Of a DNA stretch of 64,000 nucleotides, positions 1-34,158 are shown in pieces (positions within the stretch are counted from its first letter, which is position 1; each line of letters starts with the position of its first letter). Location: positions 30,132,001 through 30,196,000 of the forward strand of contig OZ024757.1 of assembly GCA_964016885.1 (NCBI GenBank). Direction: 5' to 3'. Source of the DNA: Eledone cirrhosa. Lineage: Eukaryota. The position numbers were made by a program, and so were the translations under genes. The notes beneath the pieces were generated by a model. That model did not search any database. It was not told the origin of the DNA and saw only the letters and a program-made list of their open reading frames with translations.

Positions 1-368
1 AGTAGCTGTAAAACATTCCCATTCCTATTTTAGGCGACGAATAACCAAAGTCGTTAGAACGCTGAATGGAATGTTTTGTGGTATTCGTTCTGAGTTCAAA
101 TCCCATTCGAGGTCAAATTTGCTTTTCATTCTTTCAGTGTTCAATTGCAGAGAATTCATTTTTAGAGGGGAGCATATTGTTGATTTAACCAATAAATTAT
201 TTTATTTTATTTTATTTTACTCACCTGCATACGGCCTTTGGATACTTCGGACATGTTTGAAAGCGACAAGGGTTATCACGGCATCGTACATACTTGCATT
301 TCGCTGAAATAAAAAATATATTATATATATATATATGTATGCATAAACATATATGCGTGTGTGTGTGT

Positions 369-446
<78 letters not shown>

Positions 447-453
447 ATGTGTC

Positions 454-495
<42 letters not shown>

Positions 496-512
496 GGAGT
501 ATACATATATAG

Positions 513-573
<61 letters not shown>

Positions 574-766
574 ATTTATTATATCTATATGTATGCATAA
601 ACATATATATGTGGGGGGAGTATGTGCGTGTCTATCCCGGGTCCAATCGGATGTAACCACGATTAGTAAGGTACTCAATACATAGTAGAGTATATAATGT
701 GCTTTCCTTGTTATTTCCTTCGAATGAAATAGTGCTAGTCCTGTAGAAGCTATTTCTATATTAAAC

Positions 767-818
<52 letters not shown>

Positions 819-1044
819 TATATAAAACAAAGAAGGTGTAGTAAGATATCGGGTGGACCATAATGCACCAGAGTACTCAATACTTAGGTTAGTAGAGTGG
901 GTAATAGGAAAAGAGTCAGGACTCTGACGGCTGAGCTTTGGCCGTCTCGACAGCTAGATCCGAACTCCGATGTTCGGGTCTAGCTGACGAAACGGCCGGA
1001 GCTCAGCCGCCTGGGGTCCTGATTCTTTTCCTATAGATAGATAT

Positions 1045-1083
<39 letters not shown>

Positions 1084-1222
1084 TAAATTTTTCTAAGAGG
1101 TTCCTCACTGAGATTGAACCCCAGACTAACAACTCCACCGTCTCTAACAGCTACCACTAGTCCAACGAAACAGCTACATTACTCCAGTAGCATATCAAAA
1201 GCAAAAATGCCACAATATTCCA

Positions 1223-1283
1223 CCTGTCTGAAGAGAACACACAAAAGCAATCACTTTGACGTCTTCGAAATACGTATAACAAG
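1223..1283 (+). ncRNA. Type-I hammerhead ribozyme motif (Penelope-like element type)
   Basis: cctgt-CTGAAGA-stem II (GAACAC...GTCTTC)-GAAA-TACGTA-TA-acaag; palindromic stem III and a short stem I. Confidence 0.65.
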
Positions 1284-1334
1284 ATTATTTAATAAACAGA
1301 GGATGTACACGTAAAATCGTCTCCCTTCTTTATA

Positions 1335-1367
<33 letters not shown>

Positions 1368-1864
1368 CATAATACGGTAATGTCGCTGTCTTATGTTACC
1401 CGGATGTCTAAACGTCGTTATTCCGAAGTCTACACCAGTATCAGGTTTGGCCAGGGGCAAAAATAAATTAATAAAATATATTAAAAAATAAAAAGTAATG
1501 GCAAAAATAAAAACGAATCAAAAAAATCTTTCAATGATGAATTTTAGATATGTTATTTTGTTTCATGTAAATAATAAATATATATGCTGAATCAGCGTAT
1601 ATTTGATTGAAGCTATATTTAGTATAGATATCATTATGGATTGTTTGTTTGTTTGTTTGTTTGTTTGTTTGTTTGTTTTAATTAAAAGCCTTCGCTGTGA
1701 AAAAATGTGGTTTTATCTGCATTAAATTTTGTATAAATATCTGATTTTATTATTATTTACGTGGAGGAGAAAGGCTGCAATCCACCTTCTTTCCATTCAG
1801 GTAAAAGTCGAAGAAACAGCCATTGCAGTAGTTGGGTCTGCAATGAAAATCGAGAAAATTAATA

Positions 1865-2040
1865 TACAGTGAAATTCCGTTATGACGATATTCACGGAGT
1901 ATAAAAGAAATTCGTACCAACCTATATTTCTTTATCGCGAGATCAACAGAAAACAAATCGAGATTTGTTTGTTATTACCTCGGGGATTGAAAAAAATCTC
2001 ATTATACTGAAAAATTCGTTATGATGGAATTTTACCTGTA
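1865..2040. mobile_element. Tc1/mariner-pogo-type MITE; related tandem copies at 16700-16955
   Basis: TA-CAGTGAAATTCCGTTAT...ATGGAATTTTACCTG-TA. Confidence 0.6.
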
Positions 2041-2722
2041 GTAGGAATCTGAAACACGGAAGTAGCTGTAAAACATTCCCATTCCTATTTTAGGCGACGA
2101 ATAACCAAAGTCGTTAGAACGCTGAATGGAATGTTTTGTGGTATTCGTTCTGAGTTCAAATCCCATTCGAGGTCAAATTTGCTTTTCATTCTTTCAGTGT
2201 TCAATTGCAGAGAATTCATTTTTAGAGGGGAGCATATTGTTGATTTAACCATTAAATTATTTTATTTTATTTTACTCACCTGCATACGGCCTTTGGATAC
2301 TTCGGACATGTTTGAAAGCGACAAGGGTTAACAAGGCATCGTACATACTTGCATTTCGCTGAAATAAAAAATATATTATATATATATATATATGTATGCA
2401 TAAACATATATGCGTGTGTGTGTGCATGTGTCTGTGTGTGTACATATATATTTATATATGTGTGTGTGTGAGTATACATATATATGTGTGTGTGTATGTT
2501 TGTGTGTATATATATATATATAATTTATTATATCTATATGTATGCATAAACATATATATGTGGGCGGGGGGGGGAGTATGTGCGTGTCTATCCCAGGTCC
2601 AATCGGATGTAACCACGATTAGTAAGGTACTCAATACATAGTAGAGTATATAATGTGCTTTCCTTGTTATTTACTTCAAATGAAATAGTTCTAGTCCTGT
2701 AGAAGCTATTTCTATATTAAAC

Positions 2723-2782
<60 letters not shown>

Positions 2783-2785
<3 letters not shown>

Positions 2786-3269
2786 TGGCTGCCAACTCGT
2801 TTTCGAGTACGGCCACTACTTTATATCCATGTAGGAGAACCCCTACCGATGCGCTGAACGAGTGTGACTTTTTAGTCCAGCCAGCGACTTGAAAACTCTG
2901 GTACAAACACTACACTTGTGACAATTATTGACACATAGTGCTGGGCCCATGGGACCATGTGACGAGAAGTGCAGAGAGATCTCCAGATATAAAGCAATGC
3001 GTGTGCCGTGAAGCTTTTATAGTGAGCAAAGGCACTGCACAAAGCCAGTCCCACTCTCTTAACCAAGATGATATTTACCAAAAAGAAGAACAAGTCAACA
3101 TCATTGGATACCATCAGGGTTGCAGGTGTTATATCAGAGTTTTCCTTCTCCTAGAATTCTGCCTTGACAAAGGCTAAGGGGTCATCTCTCCCAGTGATTT
3201 TGGATGGCCATTGACTCTTAAGAGCTCCTTTGCCCTTTGACAGGTTTTGTTTTTAGTCCTGCAGGATGT

Positions 3270-3270
<1 letters not shown>
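2783..3270 (-). mobile_element. Internally deleted RTE-like element between (TA)n tracts
   Basis: Minus-strand remnant CSVCTRVFKSLAGLKSH; the 5' segment is also found at 8980-9055. Confidence 0.45.
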
Positions 3271-3326
<56 letters not shown>

Positions 3327-4079
3327 GTTCAAGAATAACCAATCTTAAAGAGAGAGATGGAGATAGGAGAGGAGAGATATGAGAGGAGAGATTGGTGAAT
3401 TAGTTAGAAGCCAAAGCGTAAAGGCATGTGCTCAATGTGCAATATGCAGTAGAAAGCAGCTAGGTGGCTGGGGACATAGATTAGTCATCATAGAGTGTTT
3501 TCTATATATATCAGCGTATCGTTTTTTTTATTCCGTGGTCATTCTGCAGATAAAAATCGATAGGGGGGGGGGGGGGTCACCTTTTTTTAAGTATCGAAAC
3601 TTCGGCTCCACTTCACACATAAATCAATTTATTTGGTTCAACTTTTATACTACGATAGAACCTATCATTGCACATCTTATAGATGGTCAAAGGCAAAACG
3701 ATGGTCATTACCTCCCTCCTCCAGCATGCCCCTTCGTCAGTCACCCACGTTTCTCAGTGATAGAGGTCATCATCACCCTCCCACGCATGGCCTGTGTGTG
3801 GGCATAGATGAGTCATCGAGAAGCAGTCGCTAAGATCAACACCTTTTCATCAAAGCAGATATTAATTTACCTACCCAGGCAACGCTGAGTACTGCTGCTA
3901 GTATATATATAAAACAAAGAAGGTGCAGTAAGATACCAGGTGGACCATAATGCACCAGAGTACTCGATACATAGGGTAGTAGAGTGGGTAATAGGAAAAG
4001 AATCAGGACCCCGACGGCTGAGCTCCGAATTCAGATGTTCGGATCTAGGTGTCGAAACGGTCGGGGTCCTGCCTCTTTT

Positions 4080-4186
<107 letters not shown>

Positions 4187-5322
4187 TAACATGTCTCTAA
4201 CAAAATTTTTGCTTTACAAATAATCTCTCTCTACCTCTCTCCACCCTTCTCTAACTCCTTCTCTCTCTCTCTCTCTATCTCTCTATCTCTCTATCTCTCC
4301 CTATCTATCTTTCTCTCTTTCTCTCCCTCCCTTTCCATTTCACTCATTCTTATTACGCTGGAAACTCCTTATCTTAATCGCACAGAGATTTCACAGCTGG
4401 GTCATATTATCCCATAGCCTGGCAAATGATATCCCATGGCCTGGCCCATGGGCTTTTAGATATTTCGAGCAGCTTTTCAGGCTCTTCGATAATTCAACCC
4501 CACTGCAGTAAAAAAACGCATTGACATATCTTTAGTCTCTGCAGAACCCCTACGCTTCAGCCTTATCAATAACACGACCCTGATGCTTACGTGAAACAAC
4601 CATGACGCATTTGACTTAAAAGACCGATGTTACCTATGGATTTCCTCAGCATCCGTCACCACCACCACCACTACCACAGCCGCGGCACACATCTCCTCCT
4701 AAACCGTACGTTCAAATTTCGGTGAAATCGCTACACTCATAGATGAAGATCCGGTGAAGACATCGGTCAAAAAAATTTTCAAATCGACCCACGCCAAGTG
4801 CAAAAATCGAATTTGTAATGTATTGATTTTTCAGTTCAAATGTATAAATAGAGATGAGAGACGAGTTATTTCCCTTTTATGGCGTCATTTGCTTATCTAT
4901 TTACGTTACGTATAAACGACGCGGTCGACCGAGAAGAACAATTTCATGCAAAGACAAGACCAAGTTTATGGTGTAAATGGAGTCGTTAGACTAATATTCT
5001 ATTTAAAATAACCGAATGATTTACAGCCCCGGAGTTTAAGAATGATGTAAATAAAAGATGTAAACGAAAGTGACGGGTTATTAAAATAGTTGTTTCTACT
5101 TTTGGGACAAGGCCAGCAAATACTCAGTACATTACTGGTACTTTATTTTATCGACCCCCGTAAGGATGAAAGGCAAAGTTAACCTCGATGGGATTTTAAC
5201 TTTGGCTTAACATAGTAAAAGTAAATAGTGAAGATTTAGGCCAGTACATACGTATGGGCCCACGAATATACACATACATATACATACGCACACACAAATA
5301 CATACATACACACACACACACA

Positions 5323-5417
<95 letters not shown>

Positions 5418-6127
5418 ACGCGCGCGTGTGTGTAATCCTTATGCATTTCTACAGTATTTTGACCAAACTTAAGACATAGGTTACTTATGTACTCCGGATA
5501 GTCATGGGAACTTTCATTTTTCCAGATATTGATTATAGGGCCTCCCGGCAGATAACCCCATTTAACCACTTCCTTGGAGTCGACTGAAGCACTGCAGTGC
5601 AATGCAACAAAACGTTATAACTTCTGGAGTTCACAACCGATTTTCACAAAACTTGACACATGGGCTATGTTTGTTCTACAGATGAATGTGAACTCTCAGA
5701 ATTGGCACATATTGAGTAGGGGACTGTTAGGGGCAGGAACCCCCTTTTGGAAAAAGCCGATGATTTTGTAAAAGTATAGTTTTCGAAGCAGCACTGAAGT
5801 ATTGACATAAATGGTATGCATAACTACTATTTAATACCCGAGCAACGCTGGGTACCTCTGCTAATAGAATAATATAATATTCATTCAGATATACACGTTA
5901 TATGTTGATATTATGAGTGTGTTTGTGTTTATTTATATATATGCATATGTGTGTGCAAATGTGTGAGCGTTTGAGTATAGAGAAAGAAAGAGATAAACAC
6001 AGAGAAGGAGACATAGATACTAATGTATATAGACATGTGGATAGAGAGAGAGATAGCTGTGTAAATAGAATATCAAAATATACGTATATGAATATATTTA
6101 TGCATATATATGTGTGTGAGAGAGAAA

Positions 6128-6180
<53 letters not shown>

Positions 6181-6292
6181 TATATATACACATATATGCA
6201 CATATATGCATATATATACACATATATGCATATATATATATATATATGTGTGTGTATGTCTATGTGTAAATATATATATATATATATACATA

Positions 6293-7245
6293 TATAATAA
6301 CTAGAAATTGATTAACATATAAATAAACATGAATAATCACAGGAGATAATTTTTACAAGTGTGTTACCACACATAGCTAGGTAGGTAACTAAATAAAGTT
6401 GACCAGAACTTCAAAAATAGATACCTTATAATATGATTAATCTTCCCTGTATATATTCCATTAAAGAAATATATTTCACCAATTAATCGGATGGTAAACC
6501 ACGGAAGTGGAGACTTGGATTTTCAACAAGGAAGAAGTTTCAGCGATCCGTGTTTACACTTCAAGTTCAAATCAGCGACTGGCCAGTAACACGTGCTATA
6601 TTTACTAGAAATACACACATCATACTAGCTTCGTCCCAGTGGCGTGAATAGGGTTATCGACAACTAGAAACAGCAGTCGAGTCCATTCAACAGAGTTAGC
6701 TCTACAATTAAGGAGCCGTATTTATATATCTATATCCAAAATTAAGATAAATCAAATGAATTTAATCTAAATCAAAATTATGGGTGTCATGCCAGAAAGA
6801 CATGCGCCATATCACCCACAAAATAAGCTCTAAGATTCTAACGAGTAGGTCCGAGCATTTTATAATAACTAGAAATTGATTAACATATAAATAAACATGA
6901 ATAATCACAGGAGATAATTTTTACAAGTGTGTAACCACACATAGCTAGGTAGGTAACTAAATAAAGTTGACCAGAACTTCAAAAATAGATACCTTATAAT
7001 ATGATTAATCTTCCCTGTATATATTCCATTAAAGAAATATATTTCACCAATTAATCGTATGGTCTCGACTGCTGTTTCTAGTTGTCGATAACCCTATTCA
7101 CGCCACTGGGACGAAGCTAGTATGATGTGTGTATTTCTAGTAAATATAGCACGTGTTACTGGCCAGTCGCTGATTTAAACTTGAAGTGTAAACACGGATC
7201 GCTGGAACTTCTTCCTTGTTGAAAATCCAAGTCTCCACTTCCGTG
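6293..7245. repeat. A-B-C-A-B(inverted) rearranged element between (TA)n tracts
   Basis: 6293-6495 = 6861-7063 (direct); 6500-6681 = reverse complement of 7064-7245; a few substitutions between copies. Confidence 0.88.
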
Positions 7246-7290
7246 TGATGTATATATACATATATATATATATATATGCACATATATGTG

Positions 7291-7381
<91 letters not shown>

Positions 7382-7516
7382 AAAGTTTTATTTAAAATTG
7401 TTGGGTTACAACAAGTAAATATTTTATAACCGATATAAAGCACTCGACATATCCCTGAAATATGTATAATGAAATAAATATGGTTTTATAAATATAGTTT
7501 CCATTTGTTTACTATC

Positions 7517-7572
<56 letters not shown>

Positions 7573-7795
7573 GTCTGTGTGTATGGATGGGTATTTGTAT
7601 ACTTACGCATTCTTTGGGCCGCGTGAAATCCCACCAAAATAACCAGAACACACATAAAAACCAAAGATCCAGTTCCCTTCATACTGTTACTGCTGTGGTG
7701 TCACTTCGAACGATAATTTTTGACTAAATAAATCTTTCACTGCTCCTCTCTCACACTCTTTATATATACACTCACTTGGTGTCTGCGTGTGTATA

Positions 7796-7882
<87 letters not shown>

Positions 7883-8123
7883 ATTTAAATATATAAATAT
7901 ATATGGAGGGTGGTGTTTATATTGGTTAATACATTTCTTATTGGAAATTCGCAACGAAGTAGATTTAACAACAAAACTCTTTCAAACACGCACTGTTTTG
8001 GTTTAGTAAAGTTGTTGTTTTTTGTGTTGATTGTTTGATTGTCAATCATTGTTCTAAATGAATGAAGTATTTATATGTTATCGTCATCTAGACGATAACA
8101 TATAAACACGCACATACATATAC

Positions 8124-8198
<75 letters not shown>

Positions 8199-8530
8199 AA
8201 GAAGAGAAATAGGACGAAGGTAAACAATTACAAAAGAATTTAATCCACGTATTTACAATTCTTTCATCAGAATTTCAGTCCAATATTCAATCCATTATTC
8301 AACAATAATGGACTGAAATTCTGATGAAACAATTGTAAATACATGGATTAAATTATTTTGGAATTCTTTTGTAATTGTTTACCTTCGTCCTATTTCTCTT
8401 CTTTGATTACACTCCTCGTTTGTTCGTGTTTCCACTACAGAATCCCTACCAACCTGTCGAGTCACCTTAACGTATGTTGAGAACTTTCCTCACAACTTGT
8501 TCTACCAAGCTTTGGAATACTCCTAATAAC

Positions 8531-8583
<53 letters not shown>

Positions 8584-9861
8584 AAAGAGTAAAATGAAAA
8601 AAATACAGTAGAAAATGGTAGGGGGATTTTTTCAGTATAATACCAAAACATTTATTAAGTAGGGATTTCCGCATTTAATCGTGTACCGGTTTCAGCTTTA
8701 TATGCTTTATACGACGGGAGTGTATAGTGCAGTTAAATTGCATATTTATACGAATAATAATTTAAAAAAAACTTTTTTTTAGTTTTTACATACATATTTA
8801 GAGAGGAAAGTTCATGATTTTGTCCGTAGTTTTGTTTGTGTTGACCAACAGCGGTAGTAGCAGTTTCAATTGTTGGCTTCGACTGCAGTCGATTATTTCT
8901 ATGTCCTCGCGCATATACATACATATTCATATACATACATACACACATACATTACATATGTACATACATATTTACACATTTTTGGATGGCCGTTGACTCT
9001 TATGAATTCTTCCGCCCTTTGTTAGGTTTTGTTTCTTGTCCTGCAGGGTGTCCAAAATCACCCATACACACACACACCCACACACACTCGAAATGTTGAG
9101 GGTGGACTTTGGTTTACTTACATAAGAAAAATATCCGTTCTTTTGATAGTAATTAGAACTAGCCATCTATACGTGGCTGGCTAAACTTTCTATCAAGGAT
9201 AACCTTACTACAAGTCAACCAACAAACATAAAAACGGTTCTATCTAAACTATAATAAAGTAAGGAGTGCGGGACTGCGTACGGTATATAATATTTTATCC
9301 CATTAGTAAAATAAGTTGGATTACTTTGAATAAATAATGAATGAATATTACATAATTTATCTACTAAATTTCGTGGCTGTTGATTAAATATATTTTATTA
9401 CTTATTTAAAGATTCACTTCTTTAAAATTTTCAAATGTCAACACTTCCGGTTAGTGATCGCTTAAACAAACATTCATATATTTCCGTCACTAATTTTCTC
9501 CTAATGCAGTTTATATATAAAATCGTCTTTTTTTAATGTATCATGGATTACGTTACTGATTACATCAGAGAGTGTAACGCAGTCTTCGTTCAATTTCTGT
9601 GTATATTGTCAATTACGATTTTATTTGATGTATCATATCTACATGCATATATACTTACGTATAATATCAATATGCACACTACACATGCTAGCAGAAAACC
9701 ACCTGAAGGGTGGTTTTTCTGATAGTATAATATAAGTCAAAACGAATTCATATTATATACTTTTATTTTTGTTGGGTTTTATTATTTTTCATATTTATTT
9801 ATTTGTTTCAAACTCAACCAGCAACAAGTAACACACACTACACGATATTTGGTTTATTTTA

Positions 9862-29539
<19,678 letters not shown>

Positions 29540-29735
29540 GGCGTTCGTTTCATCGTCACTACCGCCGTCAGCAACATCAGCACCATCGTAAGCATCATAG
29601 TCGTAGGCATTATCGTCTGCTTTAACAACGCAGTCGTCGTCGACGTAGTGGTGGTTGTCATCGTCGTTGCAGTGGTGGCGCATTAATCAACATAGCATCA
29701 CTGTTAATCATATTCCGCCTCTCTCTCTCTCTACA

Positions 29736-29797
<62 letters not shown>

Positions 29798-29816
29798 TAT
29801 AAATACATATATATAA

Positions 29817-29873
<57 letters not shown>

Positions 29874-29906
29874 TATATACATATACATATAAATACATAT
29901 ATATAA

Positions 29907-29943
<37 letters not shown>

Positions 29944-30082
29944 TATACATATATATATACATATATATATACATATACATATACATATATATATACATAT
30001 ACATATATATATACATATACATATATACATATATATATACATATATACATATATACATATATATATATATATACATATATAC

Positions 30083-30167
<85 letters not shown>

Positions 30168-30207
30168 ATATTAACAAATGGAAACTATATTTATAAAACC
30201 ATACTTA

Positions 30208-30269
30208 TTTCATTATACATATTTCAAGGGCCACCAGAGTAAACTATGGTGCGCTTTCATCAGATAAAA
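30208..30269 (-). ncRNA. Type-I hammerhead ribozyme motif (same family as the 12485 and 13335 copies)
   Basis: Minus strand: ttttat-CTGATGA-AAGCGCACCATAGTTTACTCTGGTGGCCCTT-GAAA-TATGTA-TA-atgaaa. Confidence 0.65.
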
Positions 30270-30470
30270 TATAATATAGGTTAGTTTTATAAATAAATAT
30301 TAACATACCCTTAAAAAATGCAACCAAATAAATATGGTTTTATAAATATAGTTAATATATTGTATATTTACTCCAATAATTTGTTGAGTGCTTTATATCA
30401 GTTATAAAAATATTTTGCTTGTTGTATCCCAACAAATTAAATATAACCTCTACATACATATATATATATA

Positions 30471-30509
<39 letters not shown>

Positions 30510-30561
30510 AGTACCAGTAATGCATTGGGTAATTGCTGGCCTTGTGCCAAAAGTAGAAACA

Positions 30562-30593
<32 letters not shown>

Positions 30594-30745
30594 CGCTATG
30601 TATCAATCAATCAATTTGTCGTTTATTTAGATACCTTGTTGATAAATACATAGACATAAAGATATATATATATACACATACATATATATACACATTGATA
30701 TATACACATACATATTATATATATATACATATGTGTGTGTATGCA

Positions 30746-30776
<31 letters not shown>

Positions 30777-31089
30777 AAGAAGAAGAAGAATTCTAATTTG
30801 TGGCAGCAAATTTGTGGGTGAAGGACACAAAGTTGATAAAATCAACCCAAGTATTTGACTGGTACTTTATTCTATCGACCCCAGAATAATGAACGTGGAT
30901 AATAGTTGTAGAATGAGTATTTAAAACACAATTCAAACTTTAACTGAACACCTTTCATAATATCTACATGTTTTTAAATCATTTGTACGTCCTACTTTCT
31001 TTAAAGTTTGGGCTACTAAGTTGAACAAAGGGGTTGCCAATCAAATTAGCAACATCCCAGGGTGAGGAAGAGAACAAGAGACTTCTACC

Positions 31090-31720
31090 AACCTACCTAT
31101 CTACTTACATACATGCCTATCTATTTACCTATCTAAATATCCAACCTGCCTATCTCTCTACCTACCTACCTATCTATCTACCTTTCTACCAACCTACCTA
31201 TCTATCTACCTTTCTACCAACCTATTTATCTAATTTCTACCAACCTATATATCTCTCTATCTACCTTTCTACCTATCTCTCTACCTACCTATCTATCTAC
31301 CTTTCTACCAACCTATATATATCTCTACCTATATACCTATCTATCTACCTTTCTACCAACCTATATATATCTCTACCTATATACCTATCTATCTACCTTT
31401 CTACCAACCTATATATCTCTCTACCTACCTACCTATCTACCTACCTACCTACCTACTTACCTACCTACCTATATACCTACCTATATACCTACCTACCTAC
31501 CTACCTACCTATATACCTACCTACCTACTTACCTACCTACCTATCTATATACCTACCTACCTATCTACCTACCTACCTATCTACCTACCTACCTACCTAT
31601 ATACCTACCTACCTATATACCTACCTACCTACCTACCTACCTACCTACCTACCTACCTACCTACCTATCTACCTACCTACCTATATACCTACCTATATAC
31701 CTACGTATCTACCTATCTAT
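31090..31720. repeat. (CCTA/TCTA)n degenerate tetranucleotide repeat
   Basis: Directly visible. Confidence 0.9.
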
Positions 31721-32029
31721 GTGACTAATTTTTAAATTGCATTTGTGATAATATTTTACACGTTTTTATTGTATGTCAACTTCCCCCTTTGTATTTGTCC
31801 CCTTCTATTGTGCCCCTGTGGCTAATAAAGAAACATATCTATGTGCCTGTATATGACTAGCTAGATAACGACGTAAGCATGTATCTCTCTGTCTTAACTA
31901 ATTAACTGTCGCTCAGACTCGTTCTTATCGTACGACAGTCAGACGACAAAGAAAACCAACACATTCACAACCACACACATACACATCTATCTCTTGCTCA
32001 TTTCTTTTTTGATTTTTCAATCCCCCCCC

Positions 32030-32100
32030 CCTCTATATATATATATATATATATTTCTCTCTCACTCTCTCTCTCTATATATATATATATTTCTCTCTCA

Positions 32101-32166
<66 letters not shown>

Positions 32167-32206
32167 CTCTCTCACTCTCTCTCTCTCTATATATATTTCT
32201 CTCTCA

Positions 32207-32250
<44 letters not shown>

Positions 32251-32451
32251 CTCTCTCACTCTCTCTCTCTATATATATATTTCTCTCTCACTCTCTCTCT
32301 ATATATATATATATTTCTCTCACTCTCTATATATATTTTTTTTCTCTCACTCTCTCTATATATATACATATTTCTCTCACTCTCTCTCTATATATATATT
32401 TCTCTCTCACTCTCTCTCTCTCTATATATATATATATTTCTCTCTCACTCA

Positions 32452-32483
<32 letters not shown>

Positions 32484-32493
32484 TTCTCTCTCA

Positions 32494-32531
<38 letters not shown>

Positions 32532-32575
32532 TTCTCTCTCACTCTCTCTCTATATATATATATACTTCTCTCTCA

Positions 32576-32609
<34 letters not shown>

Positions 32610-32672
32610 TTCTCTCTCACTCTCTCTCTATATATATATATTTCTCTCTCACTCTCTCTCTCTCTCTCTCTC
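32030..32672. repeat. Higher-order compound microsatellite [(TA)n-TT-(TC)n-AC-(TC)n]
   Basis: Directly visible repeating compound unit. Confidence 0.88.
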
Positions 32673-32795
32673 CCTGTGTCTATATATCTACGCGCGCTCG
32701 CGTATATCCTACATATTGTATCTATTCCTCCCAAATTATCACCTAATCCCACTCTGACATACTTAATTTTATCTCTTTACTTCACTCTCTCTCTG

Positions 32796-32826
<31 letters not shown>

Positions 32827-33067
32827 GTATTAATTGTAGCTATATATAAATATATATATATAATGTGGGTAATAATAAATATTACCTAATTACAAGTATG
32901 AAAATAGCTCAATGTAAAATAACAAGTATAATACAGACCCGAAATATATATATATATATACACATACATACAGCTGCATACACACACACATATATATATA
33001 TATACACACACACACACTTTCACTTTTGATATCGTTTTCTCTAAGTAGTAATTCAATACCTTAATCC

Positions 33068-33118
<51 letters not shown>

Positions 33119-33366
33119 TGCGTGTCTGTGTATGTATGTGCGTGTGTAAATATGTAAATATATCCACATATCTGCATCTAACTATCTGTCCGTTTGTCCA
33201 GTTATTTATCTATCTACCTCTACACCTTTCTCTTCCCCCTGTCTCTATCACCATCATATATACACGACTGTACCTCTATAAACTCCATATCAACATACAT
33301 TAGCATACATCAGCATACATTAGAATACATTACAATGCTTTTCTAACATCGATCTAACACCTACGT

Positions 33367-33488
33367 CAGAGGTCCTCAAACTGGGCGCTACTGCCCACCA
33401 GGGGGCATTGAGAAGGTCCAGTGGGGGCGCTGGGGCCTAAGGGAGCCAGACATGATATAATAGTATATCAAATATCAAATACACATAT

Positions 33489-33533
<45 letters not shown>

Positions 33534-34158
33534 TCCAGTAACTCCTGATAGAGTCGTAGAGGCGCCGTGCTGACATACGGCGTTTCTTGGACATCCCTCT
33601 CCAGGCCTGAGTACAGCAGAGAGGAAGAATCGACCCCAGTACTAAACTGGTACTTTTTTATCGACCTTAAAAGGATGAAAGGCAAAGTTGACCTCGGCAG
33701 GATTTGAACTCAGAGAGCAAAGAGCCGGAACGAATACCAAAAAGCATTCTATCCGACGTTCTAACGACTCTACTATATATATAGTAAAATAGAAAATATA
33801 TAATACATATTTATACACAGTATATATTGTATAATTTATTATATATAAATCAACGGTGGATTGGCAGAGGGTCGGACTCCATGCTTTCCAGCATAGTTAC
33901 GTCCCTTTACGGTCTGAGTTCAAATCCCGCCGAGGTTAACTTTGCCTTTCATCCTTACGGGGTCGATAAAATAAAGTACCAGTAATGTACTGGGTAATTG
34001 ATGGCCTTGTGCCAAAAGTAGAAACAATTATATATAAATCAACGATTTTATTTATTATACATTATTACAATTTGCGTGTAGGCAGGTCTCTTTGGAAATA
34101 GCGGAGAGTATTACGTGGCTGTGAGGGGGCAGTCGCCCAAAAGGTTTAAGAACCTCTA
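33367..34158. mobile_element. hAT-type MITE with 8-bp TSD and two nested SINEs
   Basis: TIR CAGAGGTCCTCAAAC / GTTTAAGAACCTCTA; TSD ACCTACGT at 33359-33366 and 34159-34166. Confidence 0.85.

Larger units (their letters stand above)
1..2780 (+). repeat. Local direct duplication: 1-~770 is repeated at 2061-~2727, with different microsatellite lengths
   Basis: Near-identical sequence starting AGTAGCTGTAAAACATTCCC; the ORFs at 71 and 2131 match. Confidence 0.9.

Noticed and set aside
9688-9725. Hairpin in the Ly6 3' UTR as a regulatory element
   Set aside because: It is a single short stem with no recognisable SECIS, IRE or miRNA features, in a window full of transposon-derived hairpins.
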